A DNA stretch of 64,000 nt from an uncultured Candidatus Saccharibacteria bacterium (GTDB lineage: Bacteria > Patescibacteriota > Minisyncoccia > GWC2-36-17 > WO2-46-25): the NCBI GenBank assembly GCA_964359755.1, contig CAYHUB010000001.1, forward strand, positions 39,797 to 103,796. Direction: 5' to 3'. The notes under the pieces are model-generated. The model ran no database searches. It worked only from the letters and a program-made list of their open reading frames with translations, and had not been told where the DNA came from. A program made the position numbers and the translations under genes. Of this stretch, positions 47,209 to 56,905 are shown one piece after another. Numbering within the stretch: position 1 is the first letter of the stretch; each line of letters begins with the position of its first letter.

Positions 47209-47240
47209 AAGCCCAAAAAAAGGCTTTTATTTCTTTTTAA
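47207..47240 (+). terminator. weak rho-independent terminator after the Cys-rich peptide gene
   Basis: aaagcc/ggcttt stem followed by tatttcttttt. Confidence 0.45.
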
Positions 47241-47440
47241 AATTGACATCTTATAAGGGTTTTTGTACGATAGACCTACTGCGCAATAACCTTTCTGCTG
47301 CAATCCCTATATTTCGGCTGCGACTTCACAAAAATTTTTCACCATATACAGCGTATATGCTTCGAAATTCTTGTTTTGTCTCGCTCGAAATCTAATGATT
47401 TCGCTACGAAAATTATTACGCAGTCGGTCTATTCTTTGGT

Positions 47441-48796
47441 ATGCGATTTATCACAATACTACTTCGATTCATTTTTATCCCGGAAGGGGATAGAGCGCGC
47501 GCGGCATATTTATTGCTGGTGGTCGTGATCGCCGCGTTTTTTGCATTTGCGCTTGATTTTCCAGACTATGTACCGCGATTCTGGAACATAGACTTTAAAC
47601 TCGGACTCGACTTGAAGGGCGGAGCGCATCTTGTGTATGTGGCCGATCTTGATTCGGTGGAAAAGGAAGAACAGGCGCAAGCGATGTCCGGCCTGCGCGA
47701 CACGATCGAGCGGAGAGTAAATTCCTTCGGTATCGCCGAACCGAACGTGCAAACCTCATTGGTTGGAGGTGAAAACAGGCTTATCGTTGAGCTCGCCGGA
47801 GTCACTGATGTGAATCGCGCGATCGCGATGATCGGAGAAACGCCCTTTTTGGAATTTAAAGAGGAGCGCGATCCGGCGGAAACTCAGGTGATTCTTGAAG
47901 CGCATAAACAAAATCAGCGGACCACGGAAGACCCGTATTTCATATCAACGGCGCTTACCGGAAAATATCTCAAGCGATCCGAGCTCACCTTTGATCCGAA
48001 TTCGTATAAACCGGTGATCAATTTGAACTTTGATGCGGACGGCACGAAGCTTTTTGAAGAGATCACCACGCGTAACGTGGGCAAACGTGTTGCGATTTAC
48101 TTAGATGGCGGACCTGTCACGGTACCGGTGGTGAATGAACCGATCTCGGCGGGGCAGGCGGTTATTTCTGGTGATTTCTCCGTGGAAGAAGCGCGCACAA
48201 CGGTACAGCGGCTGAACTCGGGAGCATTGCCGGTCCCAATCAAGCTTATCTCTCAGCAAAGCATGGAAGCGTCGCTCGGGCAGATCGCGCTTGAAAAAAG
48301 TTTGAAAGCGGGCATCTATGCGATCATTGCGGTCGGCGTATTTATGATCCTGTGGTATCGGATCCCCGGCATCCTCGCGGTGATCGCGCTCGTCATGTAT
48401 ACGGTCTTTGCACTCGCGGTGTTCAAGCTGTTGTCGGTAACGCTGACGCTCGCGGGCATTGTCGGTTTTATTTTGTCCATCGGTATGGCGGTTGACGCGA
48501 ACATTCTTATTTTTGCCCGTATGCGCGAAGAAGTGCGGGCAGGAAAACGATTTGCTCTTGCGGTGCATGACGGGTTTGCGCGCGCATGGCCATCCATCCG
48601 TGATTCAAACATCTCTACACTCATTACTTGTTTTGTGCTGTATTTCTTCACCGCAAGCTTGGTAAAAGGATTTGCATTAACACTCGCGATTGGCGTGCTG
48701 GTTTCTATGTTTTCTGCTATCTTTATTACACGGTTGCTTTTGAGGGTCTTTATCAGTGAAAAGTTCGGAAAATTTAAATTCTTATGGTACCAATAG
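47441..48796 (+). CDS. secD: protein translocase subunit SecD
   Basis: Periplasmic domain followed by a 6-TM SecD/SecF family C-terminus. Immediately followed by secF. Confidence 0.88.
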   Translation: MRFITILLRFIFIPEGDRARAAYLLLVVVIAAFFAFALDFPDYVPRFWNIDFKLGLDLKGGAHLVYVADLDSVEKEEQAQAMSGLRDTIERRVNSFGIAEPNVQTSLVGGENRLIVELAGVTDVNRAIAMIGETPFLEFKEERDPAETQVILEAHKQNQRTTEDPYFISTALTGKYLKRSELTFDPNSYKPVINLNFDADGTKLFEEITTRNVGKRVAIYLDGGPVTVPVVNEPISAGQAVISGDFSVEEARTTVQRLNSGALPVPIKLISQQSMEASLGQIALEKSLKAGIYAIIAVGVFMILWYRIPGILAVIALVMYTVFALAVFKLLSVTLTLAGIVGFILSIGMAVDANILIFARMREEVRAGKRFALAVHDGFARAWPSIRDSNISTLITCFVLYFFTASLVKGFALTLAIGVLVSMFSAIFITRLLLRVFISEKFGKFKFLWYQ

Positions 48797-49701
48797 TCCG
48801 TTATCGAAAATTGTATTATGCGTTTTCAGGAACGCTTATTGCCCTGAGTATTGCGGCGCTTATGATGTGGGGGCTGAAGTTCGGCATCGATTTCAAAGGC
48901 GGTTCATTGCTTATCGGTGAATTTGCAACAACCGTTCCGGCAAACCAAGAGATCGCGGATGCGTTAACAGCGCTTGATCTCGGCGAAATAGTTGTTCAGC
49001 AGACCGGAGAAAAAGGGGTAATGCTCCGATTCAAAGATGTTGACGAGCAAACCCACCAGCATATTATTACCACGCTTGCAGAATTTGCCCACAAGCAGGG
49101 TTCCGAAAATAACTTCACGCAAAGGAGCTTTGAATCCATCGGCCCCTCCATCGGCAAGGAGCTTCGCACAAAGGCAATCACCGCGACCGCGATCGTGCTC
49201 GTCTTAATCATCGGGTATGTTTCGCTTGCATTCCGAAAGGTTTCGTATCCGCTATCATCTTGGAAATACGGCATCGCAACACTTATTGCGTTGTTTCATG
49301 ATGTTATTATTCCACTCGGAGTTTTTGCGGCGCTCGGACATTTTTATAACGTAGAGATATCAAGCGCATTTATTGCTGCCATCCTTACGGTGCTCGGGTA
49401 TTCGGTGCATGATTCAATCATCGTCTTTGATCGCGTGCGCGAGAATTTGCTCAAACATCACGGAAAGACATTCGATGAAACGGTAAATATTTCGGTAAAC
49501 CAAACATTCATTCGTTCATTAAATACTTCTCTCACAGTTATTTTGGTGTTGCTTGCGATTTATTTTTACGGCGGGGAAAGTATTAAATATCTCGCATTGA
49601 TGCTATTGCTGGGCATTGGCGTAGGAACGTATTCATCTATTTTCATCGGAAGCACTATTTTGACAAGCTGGTACGCGCGCATGATGAGTCAGAAAAAATA
49701 A
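48784..49701 (+). CDS. secF: protein translocase subunit SecF
   Basis: SecF-family sequence pattern. 13-bp overlap with secD. Confidence 0.88.
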   Translation: MVPIVRYRKLYYAFSGTLIALSIAALMMWGLKFGIDFKGGSLLIGEFATTVPANQEIADALTALDLGEIVVQQTGEKGVMLRFKDVDEQTHQHIITTLAEFAHKQGSENNFTQRSFESIGPSIGKELRTKAITATAIVLVLIIGYVSLAFRKVSYPLSSWKYGIATLIALFHDVIIPLGVFAALGHFYNVEISSAFIAAILTVLGYSVHDSIIVFDRVRENLLKHHGKTFDETVNISVNQTFIRSLNTSLTVILVLLAIYFYGGESIKYLALMLLLGIGVGTYSSIFIGSTILTSWYARMMSQKK

Positions 49702-49718
49702 TTTTCTATAGCATACGA

Positions 49719-49750
49719 AAAAAAAGGGCTCATGGCGAGCCCTTTTTTTT
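49719..49750. terminator. bidirectional rho-independent terminator (aaagggctc/gagcccttt)
   Basis: 9-bp stem flanked by an A-run and a T-run. Confidence 0.8.
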
Positions 49751-50117
49751 ATTGCGCAATCGGCATTTTTATGACGATGCCTCCGATAGTGAATGATATT
49801 TCCTTTATCGGCGGATGTACGCTTTTTAATATCTTGGTTTTAGTGGAGCGAATCTTAGTAGTAACATCCAACACCAGTTTTTTATCTACCCGAAACCTTT
49901 CGCAGATTTTGAGCAATGGCAGACGTCCATTATCCCATGCGCCACAGCACCACCGCGCTTTCTTCTTTGGATGTTCCGTGTAATTCGCTCCAAGACAAAA
50001 GTTGCAGAATCCAAAACGTTCAAAACCTCTGAGAAGAGATGTCGCATGCGCCCTATTCAGCCTGTTGGCCGCAAAAAACATCCCTTCAAAATCAAATCCC
50101 TTCACTTTCTCCATCAT
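49749..50117 (-). CDS. hypothetical protein, about 120 aa, with clustered cysteines (FCNFCLG...RWCCGAW)
   Basis: The ORF-track ORF starts at a TTG at 50144. The internal ATG-ATG at 50117/50114 is preceded by GGAGGTGG, so that is taken as the start. No family recognised. Confidence 0.45.
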   Translation of the reverse strand: MMEKVKGFDFEGMFFAANRLNRAHATSLLRGFERFGFCNFCLGANYTEHPKKKARWCCGAWDNGRLPLLKICERFRVDKKLVLDVTTKIRSTKTKILKSVHPPIKEISFTIGGIVIKMPIAQ

Positions 50118-50188
50118 CCACCTCCATATTTTGTTAAAAAGCAATAGTTTTAGCTATTATACGGAAACACCCTCTAATGTCAATATCC

Positions 50189-52369
50189 TCATTCTAAATG
50201 CACTTTTTCGGTGAACACGGAAAGGTGCGCAAGAAGTGTCGGGTGTTTTTGCAAGGTCGGGTCTTTTGAAAGTATGCGAAGCGCCTCTTCGCGCGCCGCT
50301 TTAATGAGAGAAACATCGGAAAGTGATGCCATCGCAAGATCGGGCGCGCCCCATTGGCGCGTACCGAGAAAATCGCCGGGACCGCGTATCGCGAGATCTT
50401 TTTCGGCAAGAAGAAAGCCGTCGTTGCACTCAAGAAGCGCCTTGAGGCGACGGCTGACGCTCTGCGACTCTTCGTCCTGAAATAAAAGGCAGTATGATTG
50501 ATGTTCGCTTCTCCCTACGCGACCGCGAAACTGATGGAGCTGTGCAAGGCCGAACTGCTCGGCGCCTTCAATAGCCATGACGGAAGCATTTGGCACATCG
50601 ACGCCGACCTCAACCACCGATGTTGATACCAAAATATCAAGCTCGTGCGTCTTGAATTTTTTCATGACCGCTTCCTTTTCTTTCGCTTTCATTTTTCCGT
50701 GTAGCATACCGACGCGGCATGCCGGGAAAATTTCCTGTGAAAGTTTTTCATATTCCTTCTTCACCGCCTTCACTTCTTTTCGCGCCATTTCCTCGAAGGT
50801 GAATTGGCGCGGCGTCATCATGACTGCGTCATCGCTAAACTCGTGTTCAATGCGCGGACAAATGACGAATATCTGACGCCCGGATTTCACTTGTTCCTCC
50901 ATGAAAACATATGCTGCGTTGCGCCCGGCGGGGGATATGAGTTTTGTGAGGATCGCTTTTCTGTTTTTTGGCATTTCATTGAGCAGAGAAATATCGAGAT
51001 CGCCATACGCGGTAAGCGTCAGCGTGCGGGGAATCGGCGTTGCGGTCATGCTTAAAAAGTGCGGGATAAGCGGTCTGCGCAGGGCGGTGCCGATACTGCG
51101 ATGCTGTGCCAGCTGCGCGCGCTGTTTGACGCCAAACCGATGCTGTTCATCGAGTACGATAAGTCCGAGCGAATAAAAAGAAAGCTCGTTTGCGATAAGC
51201 GCATGGGTGCCGATGATGATCTTCAAACTTCCCGAGCGCACCGTCGCAAGAAGATCCGCTTTTTTCATCGCATGCGTAGTTTTTAATTCTGCGTCGTACA
51301 TGACCGCGCCGCTGCCGGTCAGCAAGCCGACGTTTATAGTAAACGGTTCAAACAACCTTGAAAGGCTTGCAAAGTGCTGTGACGCAAGCACTTCGGTGGG
51401 CGCCATAATGACGCTCTGCCATCCGTTTTCTGCGGCAGTATACATCGCGATAGCGGCAACGACCGTTTTCCCCGAACCTACATCGCCTTCAAGCAGGCGG
51501 TTCATAGGGTGCCCGCGCTCCATGTCCTGCACGATCTCCCACGCCGCTTTTCGCTGTGCGTTGGTCAGGGAAAAGGGGAGTGTGCCGACAAATGTTTTTA
51601 TCTTTTCAATATGAATGGAAATCTTCGGCGCGTCCGCTTGCTTCATGGTTTCCCGCGCGCGCAGGGTGAGCAGTTGCATAAAAAACACTTCTTCAAATGC
51701 AAGCCGTTTGCGCGCAAGCGTGGCCTCTTTTTCCGTTTTGGGAAAGTGAATACTCACAAGCGCCGCAAAACGAGCAGGGAAGTGCTGGCGCTTGATAATA
51801 TCATCAGGAAGTGTTTCGGGCGCTTCTGTGACAACAGCAAATGCGTTCTTCATGAGATATCTGAGCCACCGGGAGGTGATTCCTGCCGTTTCGCGATATA
51901 CCGGCACCAAGCGACCGGTATGCGTTGTCGTATTTGTTTTTCCGACTATTTCGTGCGCGGGATTTTGCATCGTAAGACCGCTTCTGTCGGACATACTTAT
52001 TTTTCCCGACAAGCTCACTGTTTTTCCCTGCGCCAATGTTTGCGTAAGAAACGGCTGGTTAAACCACACCGCCTCCAATTCGCCGCTTCCGTCGGAAATG
52101 GTCGCGTGCGTGATATGCATATGACGCTTCCATGAGCGCGCATTTTCGATCGATCGTATCACTCCCTGTACGGTTACCGTTTCGCCGACCTGCGCGTCCG
52201 CAATGCGCGTGGTATGCGAAAAATCGTCATAGCGCGTCGGGACATGGAGCAGCAGATCAGCATAGGTAGTAATGCCTAGATTTTTAAGCGGCTTAAGGAT
52301 GGTTGCACTCGCTCCTTTGAGCCGCTCAATAGGTGTATTTATTTGTATCGGTGATGCGCGAAGTGCCAT
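50189..52369 (-). CDS. recG: ATP-dependent DNA helicase RecG
   Basis: Wedge domain, GDVGSGKTVVA Walker A, DEQHRFGV, helicase C-terminal motifs. 726 aa. Confidence 0.9.
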   Translation of the reverse strand: MALRASPIQINTPIERLKGASATILKPLKNLGITTYADLLLHVPTRYDDFSHTTRIADAQVGETVTVQGVIRSIENARSWKRHMHITHATISDGSGELEAVWFNQPFLTQTLAQGKTVSLSGKISMSDRSGLTMQNPAHEIVGKTNTTTHTGRLVPVYRETAGITSRWLRYLMKNAFAVVTEAPETLPDDIIKRQHFPARFAALVSIHFPKTEKEATLARKRLAFEEVFFMQLLTLRARETMKQADAPKISIHIEKIKTFVGTLPFSLTNAQRKAAWEIVQDMERGHPMNRLLEGDVGSGKTVVAAIAMYTAAENGWQSVIMAPTEVLASQHFASLSRLFEPFTINVGLLTGSGAVMYDAELKTTHAMKKADLLATVRSGSLKIIIGTHALIANELSFYSLGLIVLDEQHRFGVKQRAQLAQHRSIGTALRRPLIPHFLSMTATPIPRTLTLTAYGDLDISLLNEMPKNRKAILTKLISPAGRNAAYVFMEEQVKSGRQIFVICPRIEHEFSDDAVMMTPRQFTFEEMARKEVKAVKKEYEKLSQEIFPACRVGMLHGKMKAKEKEAVMKKFKTHELDILVSTSVVEVGVDVPNASVMAIEGAEQFGLAQLHQFRGRVGRSEHQSYCLLFQDEESQSVSRRLKALLECNDGFLLAEKDLAIRGPGDFLGTRQWGAPDLAMASLSDVSLIKAAREEALRILSKDPTLQKHPTLLAHLSVFTEKVHLE

Positions 52370-52424
52370 TGTTTCACTATATCACTTTGGTATGGTATAA
52401 TAAACCTCAGAAAATAAATTATCT

Positions 52425-52937
52425 ATGGAAATATCACAAAAGAAACAAATCATCGGACTTGCGGTTTTTGTAGCGGTCATTGTAGGGCTCGGATTCCTTT
52501 TAAGTGTTTTTCTGAAACAAGAGGAAGCGCCTCAACCATCTGGGCAGCCGACAACCGAGAAAGGCCAGCAGGAAGCGACTGCAAAGCTCCTTGCGACCGA
52601 CCCGTCAGACCCTTCGCATATCAATAATATAAAATATATTCAGGAAGGGTTAGAAAAGTATTACAACGACAAAAGCGCGTACCCCAAGAAGCTTGACGAG
52701 TTGGTACCGCTCTATGCGCGCATTTTGCCGAAATACTCATCATCGCGGGACTATTTCTACGCGTATTATCCAAAAGACAAACCAACGGCGTATCATATAG
52801 GCACATTGCTTGGCGGCAGAAACCAGGCATCGCCGGAAGCATTTGCAAAAGATGCAGATCTTAACTCAGAAAAAGTGGGATATGTCGGCGGCTTCAACGG
52901 CGCAGACCCCATCTACGATCTCAAGGGAGGGAAATAG
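52425..52937 (+). CDS. hypothetical membrane-anchored protein (single N-terminal TM, 170 aa)
   Basis: Extended -10 TGgTATAAT upstream. N-terminal TM helix. No prepilin motif. Confidence 0.5.
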   Translation: MEISQKKQIIGLAVFVAVIVGLGFLLSVFLKQEEAPQPSGQPTTEKGQQEATAKLLATDPSDPSHINNIKYIQEGLEKYYNDKSAYPKKLDELVPLYARILPKYSSSRDYFYAYYPKDKPTAYHIGTLLGGRNQASPEAFAKDADLNSEKVGYVGGFNGADPIYDLKGGK

Positions 52938-53127
52938 TTCTCCTACCACACACTCCTCTGTTTCTTATTTTTCCGACAAGGGGAGTATGTGAATTACTTC
53001 CTAAACCTATCCTGTCGCAAAAGATATAATGTGCGACGCATATGATAGAAATAGATAAAAGAAAAGAAGGCCTTTTTATAGGCCTCCCTCCTTCCTACGA
53101 CGCACCATATTGCCCTCAGAGCGATTA

Positions 53128-53649
53128 TTATTGCGCCTTGATGATATCCACCGCACGCTGATACGCGTTCTGTGTAATACTTAATACATCCTGTAGTGGT
53201 CCTTTTACCGAGTCGGGCGCTTTCTCAAGTATTAGGGTCAGCGACTCTTGTTGTTTAGCTACGACGGCGCTTGCCCTTTGTGCGAGCGCTTTTGCCTGTG
53301 CGTCGGCGGCATCACTAGCTTTTTGCTTCAAGCTTGCTATTACATCATCAGCAAGCTTGGTGTAGCCGGCTTTTACCTTTTCAACATTCTCCTGACTCAT
53401 TTTTTGCAAACGCTCAAGATCAGAAAGCTCGTCTAAACGCTCCTGCATGAGTTTGAGTTTAAGCTCCACCTTCTTCGTCTCGTCGCGCGTAAGCACGTTC
53501 AGCTCTACCCATTCTGCGGCCGTATCAAGAAAATACGTTATACTATCAGGACCAACGCCACCGGTGGCGGTATCTTCCCCGACATAATAAGCGGTGCCGA
53601 CAAAGAATGCTCCAAATATCGCAAGCCCTAAAAGTATTAGTTTGATCAT
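53128..53649 (-). CDS. hypothetical N-terminally anchored coiled-coil protein (173 aa)
   Basis: TM helix followed by a long helical, Ala/Gln/Lys-rich region. TGgTATTAT lies 9 nt upstream of the ATG. Downstream hairpin terminator at 53053-53085. Confidence 0.5.
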   Translation of the reverse strand: MIKLILLGLAIFGAFFVGTAYYVGEDTATGGVGPDSITYFLDTAAEWVELNVLTRDETKKVELKLKLMQERLDELSDLERLQKMSQENVEKVKAGYTKLADDVIASLKQKASDAADAQAKALAQRASAVVAKQQESLTLILEKAPDSVKGPLQDVLSITQNAYQRAVDIIKAQ

Positions 53650-53776
53650 ATAACATCTATAATACCATATTATCCTGTGATTTTCGAGTCCTATCCCCTA
53701 CTTCTCGTGCTATAAATAAAAGGGCGCCGTAATTGCTACGGCGCCTTTCTTCTTTAAAAGCAAATTAGAATTCCAA

Positions 53777-54499
53777 CTAATCTGCTCCTTTAAAAACTGT
53801 TTGGTACATGGAGATTACGACTTGAAACCCGAAACTGAGTGCCATAATGGCGCCGCTTACGTAAACCACATACGCGAAGAGCGGCAAGTAAAACTTAGTG
53901 AGCCACCATGAAATAATGTCTATTATGATTACGGCAAAGGGCAACGCAATCAAAAGACTCTTCCTTTTTTCATTCATATCTACATGTATGAATATTCTAT
54001 TTACGATGTAGAAGATAAATGCAAGTCCAAAAAGGTGAATATGGGAAACCTTCATCAGGGAGTGTTCACTTGTTCCGGTATCTTTTACCATTAACGCGGT
54101 AATGTTCTCGTAGCTACTGAGAGCCACTGAGTTTGTGGAGCCGTCATGACAGAATAAACAGCGGCTTTTGATCACGCCATCGATGTGCGCCGCATATTTT
54201 TCTTTGTCGGCTCCTTCCTTTGCCCACTGCAAAATAATATCTCTTTCCAACGGAAGGAGATTATTTGCCATGATTCCTCCTTCAGACAACGCTGATTCCA
54301 GCGTTGATTTCTTACCGTTCCCCCGGTACGCGATCTTTATGTCTTCCGGTGATAATCCTTTTATCCCGTCTTTTCCTCCGTGCGACTCAAGCGTGTACAA
54401 AAGCGCGAAGAAATAGCCGAGTGAAAGAACCACGAGCACCCCAAAATAATACATCCTCTTACTTGGGGATAAATCCTGAAACGTCCTGTCTTTCTTCAT
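53777..54499 (-). CDS. polytopic membrane protein with a single CxxCH motif in an extracytoplasmic loop
   Basis: SRCLFCHDGS motif between an N-terminal TM helix and a C-terminal 3-TM bundle. Terminator hairpin at 53722-53746. Confidence 0.55.
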   Translation of the reverse strand: MKKDRTFQDLSPSKRMYYFGVLVVLSLGYFFALLYTLESHGGKDGIKGLSPEDIKIAYRGNGKKSTLESALSEGGIMANNLLPLERDIILQWAKEGADKEKYAAHIDGVIKSRCLFCHDGSTNSVALSSYENITALMVKDTGTSEHSLMKVSHIHLFGLAFIFYIVNRIFIHVDMNEKRKSLLIALPFAVIIIDIISWWLTKFYLPLFAYVVYVSGAIMALSFGFQVVISMYQTVFKGAD

Positions 54500-54789
54500 C
54501 TTAATCCTCCTCCTTGTTTTGTAGTTACTTTTTTTATCGCGCGAAAACCTCGTGCGAGTTTTGAGAAAAGATAATTGAGTCCGAAAATCACCTCACAAGC
54601 ACCCAAAACAATTACCATCGTTAAGGTGACCCCGAAGAATGGGCTCATCAAACCGATGCCTAAAAAAAGTAACTGTCTTATCGGAACAGACCCCCCCGCG
54701 AGATACAACCCCAACAAAAATCCTCCGATAGGCACCATGGCAAAAAGCGACCATCCCGCAAACAACTTCCATTTCCTTTTCCACCGCAT
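54496..54789 (-). CDS. small 2-3 TM membrane protein (97 aa), overlaps the start of the downstream gene by 4 bp
   Basis: Hydrophobic. Probably translationally coupled to the CxxCH-motif protein. Confidence 0.45.
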   Translation of the reverse strand: MRWKRKWKLFAGWSLFAMVPIGGFLLGLYLAGGSVPIRQLLFLGIGLMSPFFGVTLTMVIVLGACEVIFGLNYLFSKLARGFRAIKKVTTKQGGGLR

Positions 54790-54898
54790 GATTCTCCCCT
54801 CCTTGTATTGAAATTTTAACGAACAAGGTCGAAATATATCAGAACACCTTCAAGTAGTCAACTGTTGAGCTTATGCGATAAACTACCCGCCTATTTTT

Positions 54899-56449
54899 CT
54901 ACATTCCCTGCAACACAGAGAGTGCTTTATCCAATTGAGGGTCGCGGCCGGCTTGGCGGTCTTCATCGGTGAGAGGAAGCACGATATCAGGGTCGATGCC
55001 GTGTTCTTCAAACGCCTTTCCTGATGGGCGCAGCCATTGGGCGGTGGTGATCTTCATCGTGGTACCGCCCGCAAGCCGTATCACCTCTTGAATAGTCCCC
55101 TTTCCGAACGACTTCTCGCCTATCAGTGTCGCTCCTTTTGAATCCTTCAGCGCGCCCGCAAGTATCTCTGACGCGGACGCGGAACCGCCGTTAATAAGCA
55201 CGACAACTGCCATATTTTCTGCAATGCCGCCTCCGGGCGAGATGAATTCGTTTTTATCTTTTCCTGCGCCGAAATCGGCGCTCACGATGATCTTTCCCTT
55301 CGGCACGAATTGCGCGGCGATATTGATAGACGCGTCAAGTAAACCACCCGGATTGTCGCGCAGATCAATGATAAGTTTTTTCGCGCCATCCGCTTGCGCT
55401 TCTTTGAGCGCATTAATGAAGTCGTATTCGACACCGCCAAAGAAATTGTGGATCTTGATATAGGCGATGTCGTTAGTTTTTTTGCTCCACTTTATCGTCG
55501 GGACCTTGATGGTCTCGCGCACGATGCGAAACTCCAGCAACGCGTCGGTGCCGAGCCGTTCTATAAGAAGCTTCACCTCCGTACCTTTTTCTCCGCGGAT
55601 ATGCGTTACCGCGTCTTCCACGGTCATGTCTATCGTGGACTGGTCGTTTATCTTCACTATCTTATCCCCTGCTCTAATGCCCGCGCGCTCAGCCGGCATC
55701 CCCGAAAGCGGCGCGACCACCACCACGCCTTTTTTATACCCAAGCTCCGCGCCGATGCCGCCAAACTCGCCCGCGACATCTTCCGCGAATTTCTTTGATT
55801 CTTCCTGTTTAAACAGCACGCTATAGGGGTCGCCGAGCGACTTAAGCACGCCTTCTGCGGCTCCCTGTACCATTTTCTGCTGGTCAAGCGTGGTGCTGTT
55901 CTTATGCTTTTCTATAACAGTTTTCCATACATTCCATAGCAAACCAAAATCAACTCCCGCGGGCACATCAGAATATGCGGGAATAGGGGTTATCTCAAGC
56001 GTGACGGTTGCGCCCTCCGAAGAAGATATTTTATCTGCGACATCGGCGCCGTCTTTGTAGTGGCTAAAGTCAACCGCATTGACCGGTTTTATTGCGTTCC
56101 AGTTGAAATTATTTGCATTGAACGCTTCAGGCGTGCGCACCCATCGCTTCTCTTCTCCCCGTACATGATATACTTTTGTGTCACCAGTCGGCTTGACCGC
56201 CTGAACATCGGGATACGCATTGAGCGTGGCGGGCGCGACCTCTTTTACATCTGCCCATTTGAATTTATACGAATTGAAAATTTCCGCGGTGCGCAGCCAA
56301 TATTTCTGCCCGTGAAAAAGCACGAATGTTTTTGACTCTCCTTGAGCGCGGATAAGCGCACCATCAGAAAGCGTCTGCGCGGATACCGTATACGGGAAAA
56401 CAACGAATGCGCTTACGAGAACAATACCGACAATTATTTTTTTGATCAT
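54899..56449 (-). CDS. S41-family C-terminal processing peptidase with N-terminal tandem ~45-aa repeats and a PDZ domain
   Basis: PDZ (GIGAELGY...AGIRAGDKIVKIN), S41 core (LIIDLRDNPGG, GEKSFGKGTIQ). Two N-terminal repeats (KTFVLFHGQKYWLRTAEIFNSYKFKW / KVYHVRGEEKRWVRTPEAFNANNFNW). Confidence 0.85.
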   Translation of the reverse strand: MIKKIIVGIVLVSAFVVFPYTVSAQTLSDGALIRAQGESKTFVLFHGQKYWLRTAEIFNSYKFKWADVKEVAPATLNAYPDVQAVKPTGDTKVYHVRGEEKRWVRTPEAFNANNFNWNAIKPVNAVDFSHYKDGADVADKISSSEGATVTLEITPIPAYSDVPAGVDFGLLWNVWKTVIEKHKNSTTLDQQKMVQGAAEGVLKSLGDPYSVLFKQEESKKFAEDVAGEFGGIGAELGYKKGVVVVAPLSGMPAERAGIRAGDKIVKINDQSTIDMTVEDAVTHIRGEKGTEVKLLIERLGTDALLEFRIVRETIKVPTIKWSKKTNDIAYIKIHNFFGGVEYDFINALKEAQADGAKKLIIDLRDNPGGLLDASINIAAQFVPKGKIIVSADFGAGKDKNEFISPGGGIAENMAVVVLINGGSASASEILAGALKDSKGATLIGEKSFGKGTIQEVIRLAGGTTMKITTAQWLRPSGKAFEEHGIDPDIVLPLTDEDRQAGRDPQLDKALSVLQGM

Positions 56450-56452
56450 ATA

Positions 56453-56881
56453 TTATTTAAAACAGGTTGTTGATGGGGTAAACCCCGCTTTCTCCGCGTC
56501 TTCTTTTGTTTTGAAAAAAACTTTATTTGCTTCTTTAATGGTGCTTTTGCATGTCGTGAGATAATACTTACTGCCGTTTTTGCTTGCGACATACTCCCCA
56601 TTTTTTGAAAGAACCGCCTTATCAGGAACCAATGCATCAGTAAGCGCGACTGCGGCCGCAACAGCCTTTCCCTGTGCGGGAATATCGATGGAAAGCGGCA
56701 TCGTGCGTACCGGCATGTGTTCAGTATACAGCACGCCAAGGCCAAAAAAGATAACCGCGATGAGCATGAGCTCCGCGAAACGGGCAAACATCTCTTTTCG
56801 TTCGGTCATAAATGTCCTAACCCGCTCCCCTATTGACTTTACCCTTTCTTTCACCGTATTATATATGAATTGCATACGCAT
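56453..56881 (-). CDS. hypothetical N-terminally anchored protein with a C-terminal Cys-containing (Ada-like / YHYH-like) small domain
   Basis: TM helix. C-terminal GSKYYLTTCKS...F.TKEDAEKAGFTPSTTC. Confidence 0.45.
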   Translation of the reverse strand: MRMQFIYNTVKERVKSIGERVRTFMTERKEMFARFAELMLIAVIFFGLGVLYTEHMPVRTMPLSIDIPAQGKAVAAAVALTDALVPDKAVLSKNGEYVASKNGSKYYLTTCKSTIKEANKVFFKTKEDAEKAGFTPSTTCFK

Positions 56882-56905
56882 TGATTCTAATATAAGTATA
56901 CCGCC

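Noticed and set aside
47281-47432. Checked the secD leader for a tRNA-like or known riboswitch signature
   Set aside because: No T-loop or anticodon architecture and no motif recognisable by eye. It is reported only as a possible structured leader.
52425-52937. Considered calling the 170-aa protein a type IV pilin or pseudopilin
   Set aside because: There is no G-F/M-T-L-I/L-E prepilin cleavage motif and no Glu5. It is kept as a generic membrane-anchored hypothetical.
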